From: Mizuhopecten yessoensis
Taxonomy: Eukaryota
NCBI RefSeq assembly: GCF_002113885.1
Contig: NW_018479988.1
Location: forward strand, 129,176 to 193,175
Reading direction: 5' to 3'
DNA length: 64,000 nucleotides
The first letter of the stretch is position 1. Every line of letters starts with the position of its first letter. This document shows, in pieces, positions 39,061-52,000 of this stretch. The notes under the pieces are model-generated. The model was given only the letters and a program-made list of their open reading frames with translations. It ran no database searches and was not told where the DNA came from. The translations under genes were made by a program, and so were the position numbers.

Positions 39061-39665
39061 AGTTGGATACAAAGAGCAAGCTAGTACACGCATATCAAAT
39101 GGTAAGTTTGTGATTTTGTAAAAGGGTCAATATTAATTATTTATTTTAATTTAATCAAAGATGGATCATAATTATATAGTTATTTAGCTAAAGCACGAAA
39201 CTCAATTACCTTACAATCAGGTAAAAATCAAACTAAAAAAAAAAAATCGAAGAAAAAATCAGTCATTAAAAACCGAAAACTAAATAACTTTAACTTTGTA
39301 CCATATTTTGAATCAGATTTAATTTTCAAATAATTTCTACATTATTCTCATATCTGTTCTCTTTATCTTTCAGATTTCCACAGTCGGCCTAACATAACTA
39401 TTATATTGCGCGATCGTCACCAGATATTGTTGCTTCTCTTCTGTTATTGTTTTAATAAAAAATATTTATTGGATACTGTGGTTATTCTTCTATCTGAAAA
39501 TGAACGCTCCGGTAACCAACTTTTCTTGAATACGAAAGTGTGTTTAAGCAACATGCTTTGTAATTCGTAACATGAAGTGTAACTCCCTTTCTTAAAAGGT
39601 CTCATGTATCGTTTTATAATAACATTTTCAGATAAATAAATGTATTTTGAAGATGTTATCAAAAT

Positions 39666-40445
39666 ACAAGAGGCCCAGTGGCCATAAGAGTTCAGCGGGA
39701 ATTCGATATTTTAATTCAAAGTCTGTCAAATACCACACACTAGTCAAGGTCATTTTTGTTTGAAAAATTTGTAATGATCCATCCTAGAAAGCTACCGGAT
39801 GAATATCGGGACTCTAGACCTTTTGGTTTATCATGAGACATCATTTGCAGTTTTTGACGTTTGACCTCAGTGACCTAAAAGTAGGTTAAGGTTATTTTTA
39901 TTCACAAGCTTTAAGTCGGCTCCAACAAAGGAATCTACCGGTCTAATATCATGACTTTAAGCCTTTTAGTTCTTCAGGAGAAATTGTTGGAAGTTTAGAA
40001 ATATTTGACCTCTGTGACCTTGAAAGTATCCCGAGATCATTTTTGTTTGCAACCTTTCTTAGACTCCATCCCAGGAATCCACCAGCCTAATATCATGTTT
40101 TTAGTATTTTTTTCATTAAGTTTTTTGACATATTTGACCTCTGTCACCTTGTAAGTAGCTAGGTTTAGGTCATTTCTGTGCGCAAATTGTGTTGGGCTCC
40201 GTCCAAGGAATCTACCAGCCCAATATCATGACTAGGCCTTTCTGTTCTTCTTCCGAAGTTTTACACATATTTGACCTTTGAAAGTTGATCAAGGTTATTT
40301 TTGTTTGCAAACTTTGTTGGGTTCCATCCAAGGAAGCTACCAGCCAAATATAATGACAGTAGGCCTTTTACGTTTCTTTAGAAGACGGACAGAAGCTGCA
40401 CCATGGCATAACCCCACTTGACCTTTCGGGCCAGGTGAGGTAATA
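39666..40445 (+). mobile_element. Helentron/HINE-like non-autonomous element with internal tandem repeats of about 140 bp
   Basis: Starts ACAAGAGGCCC; about 5 degenerate units containing TGACCTCTGTGACCTTGAAAGT...AAGGTCATTTTTGTTTG...CCATCC.AGGAA.CTACC; ends with the hairpin CACTTGACC-TTTCG-GGCCAGGTG. Confidence 0.7.
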
Positions 40446-40574
40446 AATGAAAGCCAGTGGCATTGTAACAATAATAATGTCCTCTGCACGTTGGACACGT
40501 GTTTGAATTATTTAGATGTCTTAACATTGGTAGAAATTTGTTTCTGAAATAAGATGTGTAACGCTATCCGTGAC

Positions 40575-40648
40575 CAATCTCTACCCAGAGTTATCGTTCC
40601 TTATAAGCTGAAGTGAGTGTAAGGAACGACAACTCTGGGTAGAGATTG
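40575..40648. mobile_element. 74-bp hairpin MITE (MULE-like ends)
   Basis: 29-bp arms CAATCTCTACCCAGAGTTATCGTTCCTTA / TAAGGAACGACAACTCTGGGTAGAGATTG; both flanking 9-mers end in GTGAC (degenerate TSD). Confidence 0.75.
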
Positions 40649-41319
40649 TTAAGTGACAAGCTTTGGTATACTGTGAGGAAACAAATAAAAAACAAGCAAC
40701 AATAAGGTACAATTCTTTACTTTTGCATTATCGCCACTTACAACCATTAGGAACAAATGTTAGATAAATATGAAATAAGGAATCAGAAGTAATGTACACA
40801 ACCACCTGGCTCCTTCTCAAGCTAAGTTCTGGATGGGTCAAGCTGTGACACCGACAATCATATGCAAAGTTTTCTAGTTTGAGCATTACAAACAATCGTC
40901 AGTGACCTGTACCCAGTTGTTCAAATCTACACAACTAATCATATTTTCGTCAGATATTTTGGAAACGCAAAACATAACAATGAGTATTCATTTTGACTTT
41001 CAGCGATTCCTTCAAGATTCTTAAAGAAGATGAATGTCAAACTATTGTTAGGTGATTTGGCTTTGAAGATATAGGTATACAGTAGATTGCTGATCATCTG
41101 AACCCAAGATACAATTCTTAAACTAATTGAATTATTGTCTTTCCCCTTATAAAGAGCTTTAATACTGTTTAATTGGTTATCAGGACAACCACTTATCCAC
41201 CCTGGATACATGTCTCCCCTGGGGTTTGATAATCAGCTTTCTGCTATATAGATAACAATGCATACTAAGGTCAGCAACAGTGTCTCTCATATCAGGGCAG
41301 TTCGGTGGTGCAGTACCAT

Positions 41320-41408
41320 AAACTCATTCACCCCTACATTTTTAAGCTGAACTTGCCCAATCTTTGATTGTTAAGGTCTAATTGTGACTTCAGGGATGAA
41401 TGGGTTAA
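41320..41408. mobile_element. About 88-bp TTAA-type MITE
   Basis: TAAACTCATTCACCCCT...AGGGATGAATGGGTTAA; related copies at 45441-45530 and 46628-46718. Confidence 0.65.
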
Positions 41409-42230
41409 GCAACAGTACTTGAAAAACACCAATAAGCAGAAATTTTGGACATTAAAGGAAGAGAGACAACTCATTTCAATACACATGTTATGGCCTAACC
41501 TGTATGGTCATCAGCAACGGTTGATGAAAAAGCAGAGTTAGACAAAAATAAATATATCAGAAACAACAGCTTTGTTCTTTAACAATTTATAAAGCATGAA
41601 ATCTCAATCCTTGTAAAAGTTCTTCTTGTGACATTCTTATATATTCAACCACATTTTTGTACCATATGGTTCTTGCCCCACTCAGTTTTACTTTTATATA
41701 AGTCTAATTCAAATCTTTTCCTGTACAAGCATAAAAAAGCAGAGCACCAACAATAGAAAATCAATTACTCTTTAGCAAAATAATAGCTCCAACTTTTCAA
41801 CTTAAATATTTCAAATCATCATATATATACAATTTAGAAATAATCAATAATAACAATACGTAGCAAGCTCTTTTTAACCATATAAATATATCATGAAGCA
41901 CTGTTAATCACAAAACACTTTGTGAATATTATCCAATGAAAGTTCTGGATTGATCAAATTCACCAATAAACTAACGAAAGCTAATTATAAATAGAGCACA
42001 ACTTGTTGGTACGTCTTTCCCTCGACACTCCTCATCATTTTTAAAGCACAATATCAATTATATAGAGTTTTAACTGAAGAAACCTAGCACAACCAGTCAA
42101 GACCATGTAGCCTGATCAATGCAATGTTAATTAGAAGGAACTAAAATCAACACACCAGCAGTTATCCACACAAAGCATAGATAGCTCCATAAGTATGTCT
42201 TAATGTCAAAATCTGTGTCCAAATATATCT

Positions 42231-42300
42231 ATAATAATAATAAGCGTTTTTTTATAAACCGCTTTATCACAACTTAGGTCATCTCAAAGCAGTTCACAAA
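42231..42300 (-). mobile_element. L2/CR1-type 3' tail relic
   Basis: Minus strand TGTGAACTGCTTTGAG...AAAGCGGTTTATAAA followed by (TAT)n. Confidence 0.5.
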
Positions 42301-43249
42301 TTATCATCTATGGTTATACCTCAAGTATCTTACTGTATCATTCTGGTTCATCTTTATAATTATTTTAGGGTAAAACGTACCACTGCATCAGTTAAAATCA
42401 CAAAGAAGAGTTCTACTCGGAGATTAATTGGGGTACCAGGGTATTCTTCCTTCTACATAGAAACATAAAGCTACCAAAAAGGACTTTTTCTGGCTTAAAT
42501 CAACTCCTCCTGTCAAGTTTTTCTTGGGCTTTGCGGCTTATTAATTGGATACCATTTTTGATGCTTTGCGGTTATAATTCCTATATAGCAGCATTGATAA
42601 AGAGTAGGCTTTGTAAAGTAAAGGTCCCGACCTATGGTATTTTTCTATTTTCTTTCTTATTTCTATTTTCAAACATTCTCAAATTTTGGACGACTGGTAT
42701 TTTATAAAATGCATGGCAACATGTGATACCAACCCATTACCCACTTCCCTATTCCCGTATTTGTTCTGTTGTTCATATTACTTCAATCCTGTACCTAGTG
42801 TTGAAATAATTGATTACGAAGCAGGTAAAAAATGTACATACTTAAGGGTCATGACACTTGTTTCTGTTTCCTTTTATATTCTATATAACGTACAATTTGT
42901 ATTTCAATGTGACCAATTTTCCTGTTTGGACTCTGGTCAGTTTGGGTGTACAAATCATTAAACGAAATCGCAGTTAGTACAGAATACTGTGATGAAGTTT
43001 GTTTTTCTTATGAACGACGTGGTTTTGACAGTCCGCACACTTTACAGTCTTAAGCTTTATCGTAAATTATTTTTACCGATTTCATGCTAGTCTACTCACG
43101 AAAGATGTTCATAAACACGGAATGGCAAAATGCGGTAGCTTTGCGTTTTATTTGTATCATTTAATAAATAATTGACGAAATAAAATTTGAACACTGTTTC
43201 AGTAGACGATGTTTTGATGTTGGATTCACACTATTGAAACCAATATCTT

Positions 43250-43403
43250 ACTTCGAGGTATCCGAGTTTTTCGAGTTTTCAGCGTTCGATTTATCAGATT
43301 TTTATTTACTAAGATAAAGAAATTTGGCCGGGACCGGAGAGATACTTCAAGATAAACGGGGTCTTCGAGTTATGAGAGTTTGAGATAACGAGGTTCGACT
43401 GTA
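43250..43403. mobile_element. Tc1/mariner (pogo/Tigger-like) terminal fragment
   Basis: Ends GAGATAACGAGGTTCGACTG-TA, the reverse of a TACAGTCGAACCTCG-type TIR, with subterminal TTCGAG repeats; no partner end found. Confidence 0.5.
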
Positions 43404-43884
43404 TTGTCAAACATTTGAATAAAACAAAGTTTAAACCAACATTTGATTTTTACGAAACACTTCCTTCAAAAAGGATATAAACAAATATTTCCCAGCAGTG
43501 ATTAGACAACAGTGGTGTCCTCTGCCTTAAGTATTAGATAAGCTCTGCATGGACTTCAAAATGCAGTTATATAATAACCACAATAGTGAATATTCCCGAA
43601 TTGTTTTCCTGATTCACAACAAACCCTCCAGGATGCAATTCTGTACAGAACAGGTAGATGTGTTAATACAATATACATATTGGTGCACAAAATATTTGAG
43701 CAGAGTTTTTTCTTGGATTTTCAGTCTCAAAAAGTACCTTCACAAATTACATAGGTGTGCAAATTACACGGGTTTTTACGGTAGTGAAAACTAGATACAG
43801 AGTATCTGTACATAATCAGTATATTTACATTATCATTATCCATGTTATAAGTGTATCATAGGCATAAAAAAAAATGCAATCACT

Positions 43885-45036
43885 TGATATTTACCGAGTC
43901 TATATGTTCCTGATATTTACCGAGTCTATATTTTCCTGATATTTATATGTTCCTGATATTGACCGAGTCTATATGTTCCTGATATTTGCCGAGTCTATAT
44001 GTTCCTGATATTAACTGAGTCTATATGTTCCTGAAATTTACCGAGTCTATATGTTCCTTATATTTACTGAGTCTATATGTTCATGGTATTTATATGTTCC
44101 TGATATTGACCGAGTCTATATGTTCGTGATATTTACTGAGTCTATATTTTCCTGATATTTACTGAGTCTATATTTTCCTGATATTTATATGTTCCTGATA
44201 TTGACCGAGTCTATATGTTCGTGATATTTACTGAGTCTATATTTTCCTGATATTTATATGTTCCTGATATTGACCGAGTCTATATGTTCGTGATATTTAC
44301 TGAGTCTATATGTTCTTGATATTTACCGAGTCTATATGTTCCTTATATTTACTGAGTCTATATGTTCTTGATATTTACCGAGTCTATATCTTCCTGATAT
44401 TTACCGAGTCTATATTTTCCTGATATTTACCGAGTCTATATCTTCCTGATATTTACCGAGTCTATATCTTCCTGATATTTACCGAGTCTATATGTTCCTT
44501 ATATTTACTGAGTCTATATGTTCTTGATATTTACCGAGTCTATATGTTCCTTATATTTACTGAGTCTATATGTTCCTGAAATTTACCGAGTCTATATGTT
44601 CTTGATATTTACCGAGTCTATATGTTCCTGATATTAACTGAGTCTATATGTTCCTGATATTAACTGAGTCTATATGTTCCTGATATTTGCCGAGTCTATA
44701 TTTTCCTGATATTTATATGTTCCTGATATTTACCGAGTCTATATGTTCTTGATATTTACCGAGTCTATATCTTCCTGATATTTACCGAGTCTATATGTTC
44801 CTGATATTAACTGAGTCTATATGTTCCTGAAATTTACCGAGTCTATATGTTCTTGATATTTACCGAGTCTATATCTTCCTGATATTTACCGAGTCTATAT
44901 TTTCCTGATATTTACCGAGTCTATATCTTCCTGATATTTACCGAGTCTATATTTTCCTGATATTTATATGTTCCTGATATTTACCTAGTCTATATGTTCC
45001 TGATATTTACTGAGTCTATATGTTCCTGATATTTAC
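43885..45036. repeat. 26-bp minisatellite with interspersed 17-bp deletion variants, about 45 units
   Basis: Unit TGATATTTACCGAGTCTATATGTTCC; short variant TGATATTTATATGTTCC. Confidence 0.97.
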
Positions 45037-45440
45037 TTACCAACAAGTACCATATTAACTTGTTGCAGATTTAAATAGTCTTATAAAAGTAGGAAGGGAA
45101 TCTCCACATTACATGCAATTCTTGATATCTACTTTCTTTAATTATCTTTAAGTGACAATTCAGGTAACTATATATACATGCCCACACAAACTTATAAAAA
45201 GTTTAAGTCGTAAACATTGAAATAAAAAAGTGGTTTCTTTTTCCATGTAATTTTCATTAAGAATAACAACATTGCCTGAACCTAGTTAGACATCTATGGT
45301 TATCAGACTAAAACTGACACTATAAAATGCCCTTATTCTATACATATATACAATGTATCAGCAAACATGTATCAAAGAAAATATTAAGAATTGCCAATTA
45401 TCAAATAAGTTGTGTTTGCAGTGAAATATATTTGAAAGTT

Positions 45441-45530
45441 TTAACTCATTCACCCCTGAAATTTTATGATGAACTATTCCAACCTTTGAATTGGAAGAGT
45501 TTGAATGTGTCTTCAGGGGTGAACAAGTTA
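45441..45530. mobile_element. About 88-bp TTAA-type MITE
   Basis: TTAACTCATTCACCCCTGAA...TTCAGGGGTGAACAAGTTAA. Confidence 0.7.
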
Positions 45531-46627
45531 ATGAATACTATTTGTACGATATGTTATCATCTTGTTTATAAATACAGTGAAATAACATTGAACACATAGA
45601 TCATTATCAGATATGCTGAAAAAAGTCATTCTTACAGTTACAGATTAATCCATTTTTTGTTTTCCTAAAAAAATGGGGTTCATTATTATTATTTTTGTTT
45701 TACATTTCTGAGCTGAATTGTTTAAAGCCTATTAATATTAATGAATCATGAAAGCAAATTTAAAAAATATAGTAGTTGATAAATAGTATTAAATTTCTGT
45801 CCTCAAAGAATCATTTTAAAACCAATTAGTTTTGAAACTTTTTGCTTTGAATTTCAATATTTTTGAAATTTTACTACAGTTGTAGATGATGTCATGAAAT
45901 AAACGGTATGCAATACAATCGCTTTGTCAGGTAAAGAGGTGACGCTGAGACTATTTATAAATCTTTAGACTTGTATAAATCTAACTTCAGTTTTGCTATA
46001 GAGTATTGTAATGTTTACAGTTTATCTGCAGATGCAGTTTTCAGTATCATTTCTGAACAAATCAAAAACGAAATATGTACACATATTTATTGTTATATAC
46101 ACATTGAGATCAGTATAAAATATACATTACTACATATCTTGGGTATGCTATGGTTTTAGATTGTACTTGGCTGGTGGTTCCAGATTAGAACAGCAACTGT
46201 TATTCACAAGAAATCATTAATACATCATTAAAGTAATGCTGCAGACTCCACTGTCACATTCTACAGGCCATCAGGACATTTTGTGAAAGAAAAATATATT
46301 GATTTTTTTTTAAAGTTGCCTATTGCAGGTTTTTTGGGGGGGTTTTCTATAAGTTTTTTCATTTTTGTCTTTGAAACAACGACTACATTTTGTTCAGTTG
46401 TTCATTACTTTCTGTATTTTTACTTATGAAAATCTTTCACTTTACACTGAAAATATCCAATGATCCTTGATCTCCCCAAAGAATACCACACATGTATATA
46501 CTTCACCAAAGCGGCAGAATACCAATATTTCTCGTCAGTGTGTAGCACGAATGAGGAGTATCAACATATTCTTTTTTACAATCAAAATATCATTTCTTTT
46601 CGACATGAAAACCATCACATTTTGATA

Positions 46628-46718
46628 TTAACCCTTTTCCCCCTATGTAACATTAGTAGACTCTACCATGCATTGATATGGATGAGTCCATTATGGTCTA
46701 CAGTGGTGAAAGGGTTAA
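46628..46718. mobile_element. About 90-bp TTAA-type MITE (piggyBac-like CCC...GGG ends)
   Basis: TTAACCCTTTTCCCCCT...AGTGGTGAAAGGGTTAA. Confidence 0.65.
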
Positions 46719-47194
46719 TTACATTTTTAAAGGATAAACACGAAAATATCATTGAATTCAGACAATGCAGGAATTATTTATCTCATTTTGAACACCATAT
46801 TCTCAGACATTTTGATTGACATTGTGCCATTTTGAAACAGTTTCTCACCAATTTCATGGTTTCCTGGTTTTATTCGATCTATTAAATGATAAAATTTGCA
46901 TACAAAGTTATGATCAATTACGTAGGTAATCTGTATAAACTTCATCACAAGTACTATAGACCCTTATTCTACCCTAACTTCATCTGTATCTGAACAGATA
47001 ATATACTGCTTTGAAGTGAACCAAAAATACGGACTGGTCATTCAGAGTGATAACATGTATATCTCTCTCACAAAAATGTAATAAATCTCACTTTTCCTAT
47101 ATATTGACACCAGTGATCTAACATCTTTTGAGTTGATGATTATCGACATGACAATAAAAACTGATCGTCACTTTACAAATAGTCTGGGGCACAC

Positions 47195-47547
47195 CATCCT
47201 CGATATCCAGGGGTTATGCTCCCCCTTGCTCTCTACACCCCTGGAATATGTCATAGCAACATTGAAGGCTCGGTGTGCCCGACTTTTTGATGAGACAAGA
47301 AGACTAATTTGATCTTTTGATGTAAATCAAAAGAATCTCGTGGTCACGTAACAGTAAAAATTTACAGGCTTTGAAGTCGGGCGTCTCTCCTTTGTAATCT
47401 TCAAAGGACAGGTATCAGCCTAGCGATCGCTCAGTTTTTTTTTACCTTAGACCAATCAAACAGCTATCTTCGTGCTTTCAATTTTGCTGTGACATATTCC
47501 AGGGGTGTAGAAAGCGAAGGAGACATAACCCCTGGATATCGAGTATG
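47195..47547. mobile_element. MULE-type MITE (353 bp)
   Basis: About 75-bp TIRs (CATCCTCGATATCCAGGGGTTATG... / ...CATAACCCCTGGATATCGAGTATG); exact 9-bp TSD GGGGCACAC at 47186-47194 and 47548-47556. Confidence 0.92.
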
Positions 47548-47625
47548 GGGGCACACACAAGCATCTTTACCTCTAAGAATTAATTTTGTCAAGCGATTAG
47601 GTGCAAGACATAGAAGTTGTGACAC

Positions 47626-48333
47626 CCCACAGGTCCATGACGAAGGTAGAGAAATAAACAGATCCCACAGGCCCCTAACAAAGGTACAGAAATAAACAGA
47701 TCCGACCGGCCCCTGACGAAGGTACAAAAATAAACATATCCCACAGGCCCCTGACAAAGGTACAGAAATAAACATCCCACAGGCCCCTGATGAAGGTACA
47801 GAAATAAACATATCCCACAGGCCCCTGACGAAGGTACAGAAAAAAACATATCCCACAGGCTCCTGATGAAGGTACAGAAATAAACATATCCCACAGGCCC
47901 CTGATGAAGGTACAGAAATAAACATATCCCACAGGCCCCTGACAAAGGTAGAGAAATAAACATGTCCCACAGGCCCCTGATGAAGGTACAGAAATAAACA
48001 TATCCCACAGGCCCCTGACGAAGGTAGAGAAATAAACAGATCCTACAGGCCCCTGACGAAAGTACAGAAATAAACAGATCCCACAGGCCCCTGACAAAGG
48101 TACAGAAAGAAACATATCCCACAGGCCCCTGATGAAGGTACAGAAATATACATATCCCACAGGCCCCTGATGAAGGTAGAGATATAAAAGATATCATAGG
48201 CCCTGATGAAGGTACAGAAATAAACATATCCCACAGGCCCCTGATGAAGGTACAGAAATAAACAGATTCCAAAGGCCCCTGAAGAAAGTAGATTTATAAA
48301 AGATCTCACAGGCCCCTGACGAAGGTACAGAAA
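47626..48333. repeat. 38-bp minisatellite, about 19 copies
   Basis: Unit CCCACAGGCCCCTGATGAAGGTACAGAAATAAACATAT; it explains the overlapping repetitive minus-strand ORFs. Confidence 0.95.
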
Positions 48334-48392
48334 CAGTTAGGATCTATATGTACATTCCATAATCCGCTATTATACAGAATACACTGGGTAGC

Positions 48393-48571
48393 AAACACAC
48401 AACGCTACACCAGATAGGTTTAGACAAACACACGCAATGCTACACCAGATAGGTTTAGACAAACACACACGACGCTACACCAGATAGGTTTAGACAAACA
48501 CACACAATGCTACACCAGATAGGTTTAGACAAACACACACAATGCTACACCAGATAGGTTTAGACAAACAC
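48393..48571. repeat. 35-bp minisatellite, 5 copies
   Basis: GCTACACCAGATAGGTTTAGACAAACACACACAAT at 48404, 48439, 48474, 48509 and 48544. Confidence 0.95.
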
Positions 48572-49062
48572 TTGTTGTTTATCTTTCTTGAGTTACAGCA
48601 GTATTAGCACCTTACACACAATAGAGGTTTAATATAACTATCACAATTTATCAATCAAGTACGTACTTCATTTATAAAAAATTTGTGACAAAGCAAATAG
48701 TCATTTGCTGCATTTATGATTGAATGCATATTAAACCTGAACTACTTCAAATTCAGTTTTGCGTTAAATTCTTCACAAAAAGTATCTATGGTTATAACAA
48801 AAATATTGCATAACAAAAAGTAACAAAACTTGCAACTGGAAAAATATCAAAACTTAAAACAAGAGCGACATGCATTTGTAGATGTGGATGTAATTCCTAA
48901 TGCAAGCTAATGCTCAGTTGTACTGTGAGCATTGTAAAGTTCACAACAAACGGTGTTCCAGGAATCAAGATAAACGTTGAGGACTTCAAGCCATGGTATA
49001 ATTTAAATCTATCAACACCTTAACAACTACCAATTGAACATTTCATCTGGCAACAGACATTT

Positions 49063-52000
49063 TTAAAACACAGGAGACGAAGATATCTTGAAGCTGTCCA
49101 ATTGTCCATGATCATTTATTTTGTGGATATCTTCTGTTTCATTTTCCTCAAAATTCTGAGTCTGTTCAATGTTTGCTTCAAATCTACATACAGCAGGGGA
49201 AGAATTCTGGGAGTCTTGATCATGGTTATTCACACTGTTTGTAACTGTCTTGGTGTCCTTTGATGAAGGGTGACTAACACTTATAGCACTTGACTCTTTC
49301 CTTTTTGTTCCTTCTTTTGACCTGGATCTAGTAGGTTGTTCTTGACCTTGCCTTGTTCTTGACCTTTGACCTTTGTTGTTGATATTCAACACAGCACTTG
49401 TTGTTGTGAGCTGGTGCTTCTGTAGCCGTGATGATTGACGAGTTGATTCTTCATCTTTGTTGCTGATAGAAGCTGACACAACTGTTGCAGCACTAACAGC
49501 AGCTGCTTGGGAAGTGGATTTCTGCGGGGCGGTCATTTGACCTCCAATTGGCACAGACATGGAATTAGTATGATTATAGGAGTTATCCAGTCCTTTAGAT
49601 TTAATAGGTTTTGTTTTTTCTTCGGCTAAAAGTCCACTAACAAATGAGAAATGATCCCTATTACTGGAGTCAGATTTAGTATCATGGTTTAATGTGACTG
49701 ATGGGACATTCATATCAGGTAGGGTCAATCGTACAGTTTGACCTTGATGAGGCAATAAGACGACCTCTGTCTCCTTAAAATGTTCCCGGGTAATTTTCTG
49801 ATCCTGCATATTTTCTCTTTGCTTCAATTCATCATCAGACTTTGTGTCCATTTCCTCTTGTTCTGTGACTTCAGGTACATCTGCGTCTATAAACGCTATC
49901 TCATCACTAAGGTGACGACTGTGAGTGGGTGTCGGCTCATCCAGCTCCGAGCTGAGACGTCGAGTCAAGGGATGCAACTGATCTGCTTTCAGCTTGGCAG
50001 ATGAAGGTCGTCCTGAGGATGCATTTGGATGTGCAGATTTGTTTGTGTCCCTTCGCCTCTGCTCCCCTGTCAAGAGAAATTTGGTTTAATATCAGGGATA
50101 TCAACACAAAATATAATGAAAATTAAAATTAAGTCAAGTTAAATCCTGATTTTATGATAAGAAAAGGCTTATTATACTTTTAATGAAGATTTACAAAGTT
50201 GCTGAGTGTATGAAGAGTCTACTGTATATGAATAATGATGAAAAATCATTCACCTGTTCAGTCAATTTAAAATAATGCCGCCTGCAGTGAATTTGCGATT
50301 TTTTGTTATTTTTTTTTTACATTATCAGCAAATTTTACATTATCTGCAAAAAATGTAAAATTACTACAACACAGCTGATATTTTGTTTCTATCCTCAATA
50401 GTATATCAGATAGATAAATTTTACAAATTGACATCACAGCAAATAAATCAGCCAAATCTCAGTCTTACGTTTCTGTTTTGCTATGGAGACGGCCTCCTCA
50501 GGGGTGACCTTGGAGTTGACCTTGTGACTAGAAATATGATCGTAAGCTGGTGGCGGGGTTGTTTGTGAGTGTGCCTTCGTGTCTTTCTCCTTCTGCAGCC
50601 TTACTTCCATCAATTGTCGCTGCTGCTTGACCTCTTGTTCTAGTACATGTAGCTGTCGCTCACTCTGATCTACTGAACGGGTCAAATCCTGTAAAAAGAT
50701 AGATCAATGAGCCAAATTCCAAAACGTGGGGTGTATGTGTGCTCTCACTAAAAGTACCACAGGAACAGTGTGTTGGATACCTATGAAAGTGAATAACCCC
50801 ACAAATATTCAAGGATCAATGAAGTATTATGTAATCTACCAGTTGTGTAATTTTACGACTTCAGTACCTAAGTGTTTCATTCCAACACGACCCTGTTAGA
50901 CCAATTTAACTAAACAGTATACATGTATTTTCTTTATCAAGGTGTGCTAAGGGCATTTAAAAGGATCTCAAAGCATGCCAAAAAGTTCTGAACTTCATCA
51001 CATTCTCATAAGACATGTATGATTGTCTCCCTTCTGCATCACCGAAATTTCAGTTGGGCTTACACGGAAGTTAAGCTTGATGCAAAACAGTTTGTTGCTA
51101 AAATGCATGGTCAGTTCTCCACTGCAGCCATAGCCCATCATAGTTTTGAACTTTACGTCACAAGAAAAGTAAGTCTTTACATTTTTCTCTATATATCTCC
51201 ATTGTAATTGAACAAGTAGTTCCATTTTGATTTTAACCAATACCTGATAAAAAAAATGTAATTATTTCTGTACAAAGTTTCACTGAAATCTATGACATGC
51301 AGGGTTAGATAAAAACTATTTCACTTGGTAGTCCACAGGAATAGTTGATTTGCAAGTCCTTTGTTAACGCAATTACTCAAAGATAAGGGAACATCTCGAG
51401 CATGAAATATAAATACAGTATTAATTGAATGTGGTGTCCATGAAATTACTTTTACTGTGATAAAGTATGGTGAAGTTTTAGGAAAATTTGGATGATTATC
51501 ATGCAATATGTAATTTTTCCAAAAGGAATATTCTTTTTTCATAATTTATGTAAATCAAGTGATATCCTATCTGAAATGTAACAATCTCAGACTAAAGGAT
51601 TAGTGTTAGTGTCGAACATTTGGAATGCAGTACTTTAAGAATAGTCTGCATAGGCATACAGACTGACAGCTGACACCCTGATTTCAGTTATATGTTAATA
51701 TATGTGTAGAAATAAATCATTTATAGACAGCATTGAGACTGGCAAAATATATATTGCTTGAGGCACCAACATCTAGTTTAGGTTAAGTAGGATCACTGAT
51801 CTATTTGGCCTTATCTACCTGTAACTTATCTTGTACAGCTACTGAGTTTCTTCACTTCCTGGACTTGGTGTTACTTAATCGTAATTTGTCCTGTAGTGCT
51901 GACCCAAGGCTACTAATTTTCTTCACCTCCTGAACTTGGTGTTACTTACCCGTAACTTGTCCTGTAGTGCTGACCCAAGGTTACTAATCTTCTTCTCCTC

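Noticed and set aside
47464-48309. Long Cys/Phe-rich ORFs (168, 227, 161 and 88 aa)
   Set aside because: All three minus frames are open only because the 38-bp repeat lacks stops; no gene structure.
47626-48333. CTGATGA...GAAA in each 38-bp unit as a hammerhead array
   Set aside because: No convincing stem II and no complementary stem I around the core.
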